From the NCBI GenBank assembly GCA_002245135.1, contig NGBS01000311.1, positions 1 through 64,000 on the forward strand: a stretch of 64,000 nucleotides of DNA. The letters run 5' to 3'. This document shows positions 52,204 through 64,000 of this stretch, piece after piece. The DNA is from Proteromonas lacertae. Taxonomy: Eukaryota. A model generated the notes under the pieces. It did not search any database. It saw nothing but the letters and a program-made list of their open reading frames with translations, and was not told the origin of the DNA. The first letter of the stretch is position 1; each line of letters starts with the position of its first letter. The translations under genes and the position numbers were made by a program.

Positions 52204-55200
52204 TCAAACACTACTCATATCAGTTATCTGTTTTCTTTGCATTGATAACATCAAATAAGTCTCCAACATATCACTTATATGAATTGGTTTATGTGTCATT
52301 ACTCCATATTCATTTTTCTCGATTTTAAATGATAATTGATCATTACTTACTAAAGTACCTACATCTATTGTGAATATATCTTCAGTATAGCCATATCTAA
52401 TTATTTCATTCAATGAATATGACTTTAATATATCTTTAGAAGTCTGATCACAAATTGTGACACTGTTTGGAGATAATGCTAAATAACAATCTCTGGGTAA
52501 ATCTAATCGGTTTAATGGCTAAAAAAATAACAAAAGAAATTAAATACTCTAACAGGGAAAACAGTAAAACCAAAATAGGGGGATTTTTCTGCATATTCTA
52601 TAAAACCTCGTTTTGTATCAAATATATTGAAATTTAAACTTTCAAATAGACTAGCAACTCTACTGATATCATCTGTTTCAAATTCTACACTGGCCGGTAA
52701 AAAGTTCTTTAAAAATTCTCTATTCAAATAGATAATATAAAAAATAATATAATATACTCAATTATTGATTTATCTCTAATATATTTCCCTTCAGTTATTT
52801 CTCCATCATTTACTTCAGATAAATACTTAACTCTTAAAGCTAATGCTGCTAATGAAAGAAGATCATTTTTAGAAAATGGTTTTATTGAATAAGTAATATC
52901 ATGTTTACACTATTATTAATAAAATAATAATTATATATATATATACTTGTGTGTAAAGTAAATCTAATGCATTACCTTCAAATTGAATATCCAAATAAGC
53001 ATTTACTTTAAATACGAAATATTTTATTGGATTAACTCGATTATAACCAGGATCTTTAGCTTTTTCCATTTCAATTGAATGATAAGTGTTACACCATTCA
53101 GATAAGATACTTACTACTCTATCATCATTATTTACACTAACAAAATCTATTAATATTATATTTAAATATATACTAGCAAAATCGTCTGTTTGAAATATTG
53201 AATATCCTACTTTAAATTGTGGTCTTATTTTTAATATATTATTCATTGTCTCTTTTAATTCTTTTATTGTAGTAAATGAATCAATATTTATTAAATAGGA
53301 GGTATTGTTTAGTAAGAAAACTCTTACTATTAGTTTACTGTGATTCTATTAATAATAATAATAATAATAATATATATACTCTAACAGCTGAATATTCAAT
53401 ATTAGTAGGTATATCTAATCGATTATAAGATAAAGTTGCAGTTCTACTAAATCTATCTTTACAATCTTCAGCATATTTCTTTACATCTTCATTATTTGCA
53501 GAGACTATTGTATCACAGATATATGTAAATATATATGGCTTTAGTTCATCACTTGGACATAATGATCCACAGACAATTGAAAACATAGCCCACGTTCTAC
53601 ATAAACTATTCTCTTTTCTAATATATTATATATATAATAAAATATAGATATACTTTGAACAATTGTTATATGTCTGTTTACATAATTGGCAGTATAATTC
53701 ATCAGTTATTTTTGTATCATTTTTTAAACATTCACTAATAGTACGAGATACAATTTCATCTGAAGATAATTTACTATCAATATCACCAGAATATAATAAT
53801 ATATTCTTAAACAATCTTGTACATAATCTCATTGAAAACGAATTAACTTTTAATAAAGGTTGTTTAATACAAGTACTTTTCCAAGATAATACTTTATCAA
53901 TAGTTGCTGTTGATCTAAAAATACCAATTCTTGATAATATATAATTCGTCTGTGCATAGTCAGTAAGATAAGATTCAGGGTAATTTACATAATTCTTCTT
54001 TGTATTAATCTTCTTTTGTTGATCTAATATACATTTTATCACTTTTTCAGCTTCTGTTCTAATATAAGCGTATTTTGATATTTCTGAATCTCTCGTTTCA
54101 TCACTATCACGATGGTCTAAATTCTCTAATGCTGCTTCACTCATTGTACGATTGGCAATATCATCACCAAAATCATAAGCATCTGATTCACGATAATCGA
54201 TTGATTCAGTTTGACGTCTTTCACCTTCTTCACTTGCTATAGGAAATAAAATAATAGAAATATATATATACTATCTTGACTCCAACCATAATCTCTAGAT
54301 TGAGTCGGATTAAATCCATCTAATATTGTAGGATGACTCTGTGATATACTTCTCACTCTTTGACTATTTGTTACTGTATTGATTAAACCACTACTCAGAT
54401 TACTACTACCTGCACTTGCACTGCCTGATCTAAACCTACCAACATCATTACGATGAACAACATATGCTAAATCACCTTCTTCACCTTCAATACTTGTCCT
54501 TGGTAATGGCTTTAAATCATCAATTTCATCTTCATCAATACTGTCACCTGGTTTTATTGAATTATGAAGTGGTGATTGACGATAGGGTGGTAATAGTGAT
54601 CTTTGTAATGGTTCTTCATTGTATGATGATTTTAATGGATCTTTGAGTAATTCATTATCTTCATTGCTGCCACTTTCAGTTAATTGCGGAGGTAGTGGAA
54701 CTGGATCAATACTGCTTATACTTTCTATAAATATATAAATATAATTATTATTATTATTATTATTATACCTTTCATATCTTCACTTTCCTTATATACATGT
54801 TTCTGTTTTTCTTTCTTGTCTTCTTCACTTTCATCTTCTTCTCCTTTATCTTGACTTTCTTTATGCTTGTGCTTGTGTTTATCATTCTTTTCTTCTCCAC
54901 CACTATTATTCCCACTTTTCATTTCATTTCTATCTTCACTTTCCTTATGCTTGTGCTTATGTTTTTCTTTCTTCTCTCCTTCATTATTATCTTCACTTTT
55001 ATTCTCACCTCTGTCTTCACTTTCTTTATGCTTATGTTTGTGTTTTTCTTTCTTTTTATCTTCACCACTATTATCTTCACTTTCTTTATGTTTATGTTTG
55101 TGCTTTTCTTTCTTTTTATCTTCACCACTATTTTCTCCACTCTTTCCTTCATTTCTATCTTCACTTTCCTTATGCTTATGTTTATGTTTATCTTTTTTCT

Positions 55201-56394
55201 CTTCACCTTCTCCTTTATCCTCACTTTCTCTATGTTTGTCTTTACTTTTATGTTTTTCTTTCTTAACTTTTTCTTTCTTATCTTCACTCTCTCTATGTTC
55301 ATGTTTATGTTTTTCTTTCTTTTCTTCCTCTTCCTCTTTAGGTTTATTTTCTTCTTCTTTTGCTTTACCATTTGTAGGTGTAAAAGCATTTCCTTCTTCA
55401 TCAACAACATTCTCATCTTCCTCTTCCTCTTTCATTTCAGGTAGCAATTTATCAATTTCAATTTTATTCATTGTTGAAGTAGCTGTTGATGGTGGTGGAG
55501 GTGATTCTGATCTTATTCTCTTTCTATTAGATACATTTTCATTATTTAATATTATATCATTATGATCATTATTACTATCTTCTGAAGAATGACTGTTATC
55601 TGATTTAGTTCTTTCTTCAATATGAGTATCTGTTAAATCATCAGGAACTCCTTCCCTTTTCTTTGCATTTACACGTAATTCTGGTGGTAATAATTCTGGT
55701 GGTAAATCTAAAGGTGGTGGTATTCGATCATCGTCTTGTGGAGGTAGTAATTGTGGTTTTTCTTCTGGTTTTTCAGTTTCTCGAAGTGATAGGTTTGGGA
55801 TAGGATTTGACATTACTAGATATATAAATAAAAAATAAATATAATATACGATCTTTACGTTTAGGAGCATTATTTTGATTATATACAACTTCATCCGTTT
55901 CAGGAGTGTGAGGTTTGCCTCTCATATTTAAAGATACACCATGTTTTAAATTCAGTTGACTTTTTTCAAATACTCCACTAGTAGATGGATGCATTGTGGA
56001 TGTGAATCTATTTTCTACGTTTGAATTATCATGTAGTTTATCGTAACTAGAAGATCGACGAAAGGTTGTGGAATTAGTTGTGTTTGATCGAGGTAATGTT
56101 TGACCAGGTTTGTATCTCATTTCATAGCCTGACGAGTCTGAATTATCTTGACCATCCATTGACCCAAGTGAATACTCATTTAACGAATTTTTCTGATACT
56201 CTTGGAAGGAGGACGGATTTTCGTGTGAATGATGTACTGAGCCAACTGATTGATATCGTCGTTCTTTTGTTTTTGGATTGTAAAAGTATGGTTGATTAGA
56301 AGAAGCGTCTAACCTTTGCTCCCAATTATCATCATTGGATCTAGATCTTAATAATTATCATTACATACGATAATGATCCTGTCGGTGTACTCAT
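52204..56394 (-). CDS. MyTH4-FERM protein with long low-complexity N-terminus, no myosin motor seen
   Basis: LSWKSTCIKQPLL...LFKNILLYSGD...DELYCQLCKQT...RTWAMFSIVCGSLCPS (MyTH4); FLLNNTSYLINIDSFTT...LLYTQ...SPYFGFTVFPV...IIRYGY (FERM). Confidence 0.85.
54845..55330 (-). repeat. Imperfect coding tandem repeat, ~7 units of KKEKHKHKHKESED-like peptide
   Basis: Repeated ttcactttc(c/t)ttatg(c/t)ttatgtttg units on the plus strand, visible in ORF 54725-55894. Confidence 0.85.
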
Positions 56395-56476
56395 TTATAA
56401 CTAAAACACTTTTTTTAAAAGATTATAAAAATTTTGTTCGTTAAAAAAATTCATTTTAGATTGTAAACATCATCAA

Positions 56477-57050
56477 ATGCAGAGAAGGAAGGTAAATGTG
56501 AAGGACAAAAATAGTATCAGAAATAGATTGACAAGAAAATGTATGGAATAATGATTATATTGTGTAGTAAAAAAGGATGATTACCATAAAAAGGCACAAA
56601 TGGTTAGATCATACAAGAAAATGTTGGAAAAAGAAGAAATAAAGACTGATTACTTTGATAAAATCGTTTCATCAGAGAATATAAATCCTGAAGAGATTCA
56701 AAAGAAACCAGAAGTATTTAATAAAAATTTATAATTGTATTATAGAGATTTATCAAGGAGAAGAATAATGACAAACCTAAATTAGAGCATAAACCTGATC
56801 CTTTCTATAAAGCAAAATCTATTGCTCAAAGTATGAATTTTTTTGTTAATTTGTTTTAGAAAGACAAGAGGAGAAAGAAGAGAAAGAAAAACAGATAAAA
56901 GAGAATTTAGAAGTGAGAGATAAGAAAAGAAAAGTGAGAAAAGTAAAAGCAAAACAGTTAATGGCAAGGACTCGAAGAGGACAACCAATGATGAAGTATA
57001 TAGAGAAGGATTTATTAGAAAAACTCAAAAAACAAACAAAAGATGAATAA
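56477..57050 (+). CDS. Fyv7/TAP26 (CCDC59)-like rRNA-processing protein, 4 exons
   Basis: K/E-rich, KPDPFYKA, C-terminal ARTRRGQPMMKYIEKDLLEKL typical of the Fyv7/TAP26 domain. Missed by the ORF track. Confidence 0.75.
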
Positions 57051-57184
57051 ATTTTCAATTTTTCTCATAACTTATTTATATTTTCGTTTTATTTTATTTT
57101 AATGGTTTAATTATCCATTTCAAAAAAAACAGAATATAAAAAATATTAATAAAAAACATCTGATTTTTAAGAAAAAACATTTAC

Positions 57185-58101
57185 TTACTTCATTGGCTGA
57201 GATAATAAATTTAACAATAGAGAATCTGCATTTAAATAAACTCTGTTATTAGATTGAGCAACTAAAGTAGCAATTTCACGAGCAGCATCTAATCTTCTCA
57301 ATTCAATATATTCAGATCTATTTTTAGTTGGTAAACCTACTAATTCTGCAGATTTAGCTTCTCCTTCAGCTCTAATAATCATTTGTTTCTTCTCTTGTTG
57401 GGCTTTTACTACAATGTATCTAGCTCTTTCAGCTTCTTGTTGGGCAACTTGTTTCTTTTCTACAGCTGTTGTAAACTCTTGACTGAATGTTTGTGCCATG
57501 ATTGATACATCTTCTATATCAATATGGAAATCTCTAGCTCTTCTTGTGATAGATTCTCTTATTTCTTGTGTTACTTGGTCACGATTGGTTAATAACATAG
57601 ATGCATTATATTTAGCTATGACCTGCTTCATTTGTTCGTGAACAATTGAAGGAATAATTCTTTCATCGTAATCTTTTCCTAAATCACGGTAAATTTCTGG
57701 TAATTTTTGTACTTGTGGTCTCGATAATACTCTTAATTGGATTTTTACTACTTGTAAATCTATTTTTCAAAATATATCATTAAAAATGCAATATATACCG
57801 TTTGTACCACATTCTGAACCAATTTGTCTTGGTTTCGTTGTGACATCAAATATGTATGGTCTCTCAAGCCATGGTATACAGAAATGTGTGCCTTCTGCAA
57901 TAACTTCTGGTTTTAAACCCTTTAATCGACTATATATTAATGCACGATGACCAGCATTCACTATCATACAATAAAATGATGAAGATTAAGTGAAAAGAAT
58001 ATATAAATACCACTATAAAGTGAAGAATAGACCAAAAATCCACCTGCACCACAAGCTATAAGACCACCAAATAAGGCTCCGTTTAATTTTGGGATTTTCA
58101 T
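57185..58101 (-). CDS. PHB2: Prohibitin-2
   Basis: VNAGHRALIYSR, EGTHFCIPWLERP, DLQVV..LRVLSRP, DYDERIIPSI, AVEKKQVAQQEAERA, AEGEAKSA, NRVYLNADSLLL; two introns. Confidence 0.92.
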
Positions 58102-58217
58102 TTAGAAGAGTTTCAAGCAATTGACAAGCTGCATTTTCAAAATAGAATCTATTGCTTATTATTTTTTTCAATAGTATCCATACAATCTATTTTGACTCAG
58201 TCTATATTTTTTAAATA

Positions 58218-60371
58218 TGGATTCTAGCGATATAATATTCCTGGTTTTAATTTTTATAATAATAGCATTGATATTTGCCATAATAGTCTACTCCTGTCTT
58301 TCTACAAAGCAAAGTGACTCTTCTAAAAGTTCAGATCATCTTGTTGAAGACCATTCAAGGTCGTATTTATAAATTTATTTACGTTTATAGGTATGCTCGT
58401 ATTTCTGATAAATTATTAACTCCAATAATGGAAGGACAAGAAGATGAATCTAATGTTGAAGTGAAATCAGTATAATTTTATATCTAACAAATTATTTAAA
58501 ATATAGTATTTATCATGGCAACATATCTCATGTGTGATAAACGAAAAAAGTGCATTAGAGGATGTGTCAGGATTTATCAAGAGTGAAGATGGAATATTAG
58601 CTATAATTGGTCCACCAGGTTGTGGTAAAACGACATTACTTAAAATCCTTGGAGGAAGAATGTCAGTTCATCCTTACACTGGTCATGTATGTTTAGATGG
58701 TGAAGAATATACAGACAGAGAGATAAGAGTTCATATTGGTTATGTACCACGATTTGATTCATTTATTGAATATCAGACAATTAGAGAAATGTTGGAATTT
58801 ACAGCTAAAATGTCATTACCAGATTGGGTGTATATATTATTATTATGTATATAATAAATATAGTGGAAATACAGAAAGAGCTGGAAGAGTTGATACAGTA
58901 TTAGGTCAGTTAAACTTATTTAAAATACAAGTATAATAATAATAATAATTATATATTTATATTAATTATTTTAATGAATAGAATAAACTAATTAAAGATT
59001 TAGGTTCAACTGATCGTAGATTGCTCTCCATCGCCAATGCAATTGTTTCTAATCCAGCTGTATTAGTTATTGATGAACCAGTAAGAGATTTCGATGTAAA
59101 AACATCGCAACTAATCATGGATTCAATCAAACAACTCTCAAAATATGGTCAAATAGTCATTTGTACATTTCAACAACCTCGTTCTATAATCCTGCGACAA
59201 TGTGAACAAGTATTATTATTAGGACATACAGGACAAAGTGTGTATTTTGGTAAATTAGAAAATGCTGTAAGTTATTTCGATAATATTGGAATATATCGTC
59301 CTGATCAAATGAGTACTGGTGAATTTCTATTGGATATTGTGACAGATGCGGAACAAGCAGATCTTGCTGAGTATGCTAATAAGTATATAGAATCTGAGAA
59401 TTATCGTGAAATGGAGGAGAATATAATGGATGTACATAAACAAAGTGCTGAATTAGTAAAACATACACATGTATGGATTTCTATCCAACACGAAGCGTTT
59501 TATTTAATAAGAAGAAACATAAGGACAATATTAAGGAATAGAGGATTGTTTATATTTCATATATCTTTTTATTTAACTTTTATAATAGTATTTGTTTAAT
59601 TCGTTTTTTTTTTAAGCTTTAGGTTCTTTATTATTTGGAATAGTGGTTGGATTAATCTATTTACAATTAGATTATGAATATAAAGGGTTATATAATAGAA
59701 ATGGTTTGATTTATATAACAGCAGTATATAGTAATGTATGTGGTTTATCAGTATTAAGATGGAATTATGAAAGAGATTATACCTCCTTTGAACTAATAGG
59801 TGGTAAATATAGAACGAAAATATATTTCTTTACTTGGATACTGATTGATATTATTTTCCTAAGGATTTTACCATCGTTTTTATATTGTGTTCCAATGGTA
59901 TTATTATCAGGAATTGTTGATAAATCGAATGTAATTACCACTACATTTACTATATGGATGATTTTAGTGTTAATTACCATTACTACATCCACTTTATATA
60001 TGATTTTTGTAATTATATTCCAAGAAAAATATGCCTTTTTCTGTAGTGGATTTTTATTTTTTGTTATGATGTTTTTCACTCGATTTGTGTTTCAAGCACA
60101 TGGATTTCTGGGAATTATTTGTGATTTATCAATTGTTGAAGCAGGATTTCGTCTTTTAATGGATTCTGTGTTTGGGCAGGAAGCTGTGTATTATTTTAAC
60201 CCAAAAGGTATTGGGTTTGCTCATAAGATATTGAGTTCGGCGTGGTTAAAACAGTTTGAATATGGAGATACAACTTTTCATAAATTTAGAATTGAATTGC
60301 TAGTTGTTCAGAGTTTGGCACAAATATTGATAGGTATGGTATGTGTTAAGTTTAAATATGCTAAGAGTTAA
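58218..60371 (+). CDS. ABCG-type half transporter with degenerate signature motif (multi-exon)
   Basis: Walker A GPPGCGKTT, IGYV, Walker B VLVIDEP, signature LGSTDRR, TFQQPR; C-terminal ABC2 membrane domain; short N-terminal TM exon. Confidence 0.88.
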
Positions 60372-60609
60372 TAATAAATTAATAATAAATTAAAATATTC
60401 TTTCTATATATATCTTGCGTTTCTATTTTAATATTTTTGGATTTATCTATCAAAATAATACAATTATTATATAAAATAAACAAGATAATATAAATAGTTG
60501 ATGAGATATTTTTTTCAAAGTGAATAGCTTGGCTTGTCAGTTTTTCATCGTTTTTTATTTTTTAAAACAAAACAATCAATAGATTATAGATTTTTCAATA
60601 TAATAAATT

Positions 60610-62243
60610 ATGTTTCGTAAAAGTAAAGACCCTGACAGACAACCAATATCAGATGAAATATTCTCAACAAAAACACTTTATAACCATGAAGATCGAATAA
60701 ATGAACTAGAATCTACTGCTAGAAATAACAGAAAACAATTTTCTAAAATAGATGATGATTTCAAAGCTGTAGTAACACATCCACAATTTCAAGCTGGTTT
60801 ATTGCTTAAAGTATATTTCAAAACGTTTTATTTTTTTATATAATAAATAGGCTGATAAAACCACAGTTGAACATATGATGGAGAAACTATTAAAACGAAT
60901 TGAAGGGATGTTAGGAGATCGAGTAGGTCAAGATGAATGGAATAGCGCAATGAGTGGTAAAGCAGATGCTAAAGCTTTACAAGATCTACAAAGATCAGTT
61001 GCAGAATTAAAAGATTTAATGGATGCAAGAATAAAGCATGCCTTTGCAGATTTACTCTCAAAATATATGGCAGGAGCACCACAACTGTCTGAAGATGGTG
61101 AATTCAATTTTGGTGGAGATATTGATGAAAAATTGAAAAACAAAGCAGATCAATCAATTGTAGATGAATTACAACAACAGGTAAACGAATTAATGAATAA
61201 ATTTGGTGGAAGAAAATCCTCAATTACTGGAAACATGACTGGTGCTGAAGATGTGAGTGAATTATTAAATGCAATGAAATTAATGGAAAATCGAATGGAA
61301 GAGTTAAGTAATGGTGTTAGAGATTCAAAAGAAAGAGAAGAGATGTTTCTAGAAAGATGGAATGATTTAAAAGCACTCTGTGATGAATTACAAAAAGAAA
61401 ATAATAATTTAAGAGATCAAAATAGAAATTTAACAAAAAGATTAGAGAAATTAGAAAATAACATTAGTGGTGTAAGTGATGATGTTTCTAAAAGATTAAA
61501 AGATGCATTAGATGCTCTTCAAGCCAACGACGAGTTTCAAGATAAAACAGATGCAAAATTATCAAATCTACAACGTGAATTAAACAATCAAAGAAAATAT
61601 CAGAAAGATCAATTTGAATCAATTGATAATCGATTATCTGAATTGAAAAATGCTGTTAAACAATTAGAAGAGAATGAAAATACATTAGTTAAGCAATGTA
61701 ATGATGAATTTGGTAATATTAGAAACGAAGTTGGTGATTTACAAAGTCAAATAAATGACTTGAAAGATCCCTTAGAAACAGAAATCTGTAATTTGAAGAA
61801 TGAATGTAATACATTAATCGAAGAATTACAAAGACAACAAGCTCAACATAGACAAACATTGAATGATTATATTGCAATATTAGAAGAGAAAAAACAAAGT
61901 ACAATTAGTGATTATCAAAGTACCAATACTAGAAGTAGAGCTTTATTAACGAAGAAAGAATTAAGTCAAAGTCCAGCTGTATTAGTAGAGAATTTGAGAT
62001 TAAAACAAGATAATATGATTTTAAGAGCAAATATAAAGAATAGTAAGAAGAGTGGTTTGATATCTGATAATGATGATTTGTATTATACGAAAAGTACAAT
62101 TGCTTCAACTATAAGTAGTAATAACAGTTCCAGAAGAGGAAGTACTGCTCCACCAGCTGATTCTAGAAAGTATGTTATTATATATTATGAATTTTATGTA
62201 TAGAATTTCAACTCAACTTCCTAATATTACGTTAGGCTCATAG
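60610..62243 (+). CDS. Long coiled-coil protein, 3 exons
   Basis: ORFs 60610 and 60875 joined by an intron at ~60811-60850; heptad-rich; repeated KAD motifs. Confidence 0.7.
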
Positions 62244-62582
62244 ATTGATAATATTATAGTATTATGGTGTAATTAATATAAAATATATATAATTTATTAT
62301 GAATTTAAAAGAATATTATTCTATTACATCTTTATTCACATAATGACATATCTTATCACTAATAAAAATACTTTTACAACTATATGTCTGAATTGATGAA
62401 TAATCAGCTATTTACTTGGTTATATTTGTTTATTAGTAGTTAATTGTATACAGTACTAGCTTGGTGTTAAAAATGGTCCATTTCTATGTGTATAACACTA
62501 TTTACATAAATCAATTCTATGTAAAATCATCATTTAAATTTACATAATTTATTTTGCACATATTATTTTTCTTCTCTAACTC

Positions 62583-64000
62583 ATGGCTGAAATTTCTGTA
62601 ATCGTGTATCCATCAAAAGATGGGTATTATCACTTAAATCTTATACACTAGACATATATATGAATTAGTAGAAAAAGGTTTTGGTGATGTTCAATTTAAT
62701 GTTAAAGGAGTAGTAATTATAGGAAATAGACAATTTATATCAATCAAAAATGATATATTGAAAGCAAAGATTGAAACTCAAACCGTAGACTGTCCAATTG
62801 ATATTGATGGTGTTGAACCTAATGCATTTAAAGAATGTTTAAGGTTATTAGGTGGCGCAGAAGTAAAGATTAATGAAAATAATTGCATTGATTTACTTGT
62901 AGCATCGATAATTCTTGAAATACCTAAACTTAAAGAGAATGCTTCTAAGTATAATTGAGTATTTTTTCTAATTATTGTAGGTATATTATTAAGAATGTTA
63001 ATGAGAAAATTGTCACTCAATTCTTAAAGAACCTTGAAACAGCTACAACAGTTGCTGATGTTGAAATTAAAGTGATAGAGTTTTTAGTTCATCATGGTTA
63101 CATATATTTTGATAACTGTATAACCATTTTGATTTGATTTGATTCTATAGATCACTTATTTAAGTTATCAATATCAGAATTGTATTACATTTGTCAAATT
63201 GAGGATATGATAATTCCATCAGAGAAATATATGTTGGTTAGAATTATAGATTATTATAATCATTTTATAAAAAGCAAATCTGGTGAAGAAGGTGAAGAAT
63301 TTACAGAACATATAAAGAATATTATCCAATGCATAAACTATGGAGATGATTGTTTAAAAGAATTATACCATATAAAGTTATATGAAGAAAAAGATGAAAA
63401 ACTTGAGAGAGTGAATAGAGTTTACTTCAGTATAAATATATTCTATACATGTACTGAATAGATCCAAGTTCAAGCGAAGATTTAAACAAACATTTGATTG
63501 CTTTATATAATAGTGATAAGAGTTCTTTTCATTTATCTAATGAAATGAAAGAGGGATTAGAAAATATCCAACATCTTGTTGATTTTATTTCCCCAATTGT
63601 AACTGATAAAGAAACAAATGATAAAACATTCATAAATTGTTTGACAATCTTATTAGAATGTCATGTTGAAAATCCATTCAATTCCGAAAAAGATCGAATA
63701 GATTGTTTTACAAGACTTTTAGGTTTATATGATAAAGTTGTTGATAATCATAATTTGAAATATAGCGAGAATAATGTATTAGAATGTTTTTTACTATTTA
63801 CTATGAAGTGTATTATTAACATTTATTTATACATTTATAGATGCAGAAGCATTAAGAGATAAATTAGGAAGTAAAGAATTAGTAAAAATATTACAATATT
63901 ATAATGTATTAAAAGATAATGAAGCAGTTACAATGGTTGAAAGATTGAAACTAGTGTGTGATCCAAATGATTTTCAATGTTTAGGTGGATTATTAAATAT
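62583..64000 (+). CDS. BTB/POZ (BACK-like) domain protein, 3'-partial
   Basis: FGDVQFNVKG...IDIDGVEPNAFKECLRLL...INENNCIDLLVASIILEIPKLKENASKYI; multiple short introns. Confidence 0.75.

Noticed and set aside
54797..55565. Hydrophobic antisense ORFs (215 and 232 aa)
   Set aside because: Shadow frames of the K/E/H repeat in the MyTH4-FERM gene.

Overview
Very AT-rich, gene-dense eukaryotic DNA with about 32 protein-coding genes, standard genetic code, and many tiny GT-AG introns (mostly ~25-50 nt). Intron size, compact head-to-head gene pairs, a giant putative-Ig-repeat surface protein, kinase-LRR and divergent Hsp70 paralogues resemble Blastocystis-like gut stramenopiles (inference). Cilium-associated genes (WDR92, CFAP36-like, LRRC43-like) and mitochondrial genes (mL43, NDUFA1, Tom40-like, PHB2) are also present. 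Many ORF breaks are single-base indels in homopolymers and look like assembly errors. Main discoveries: (1) a U4-like kink-turn 11 nt upstream of the SNU13/15.5K start codon, suggesting translational autoregulation; (2) a 1060-bp non-autonomous hAT transposon (11-bp TIRs, 8-bp TSD, transposase remnant) that replaces the C-terminus of a protein with three tandem Hsp70 ATPase modules; (3) an intron-containing prokaryote-type AmmeMemoRadiSam radical SAM gene; (4) a recurring TGWCAAGC motif just upstream of start codons; (5) unusual domain architectures such as DEP-START-AGC kinase and WW plus beta-adaptin appendage. Exon boundaries were read by eye and family calls come from motif recognition, not database searches.
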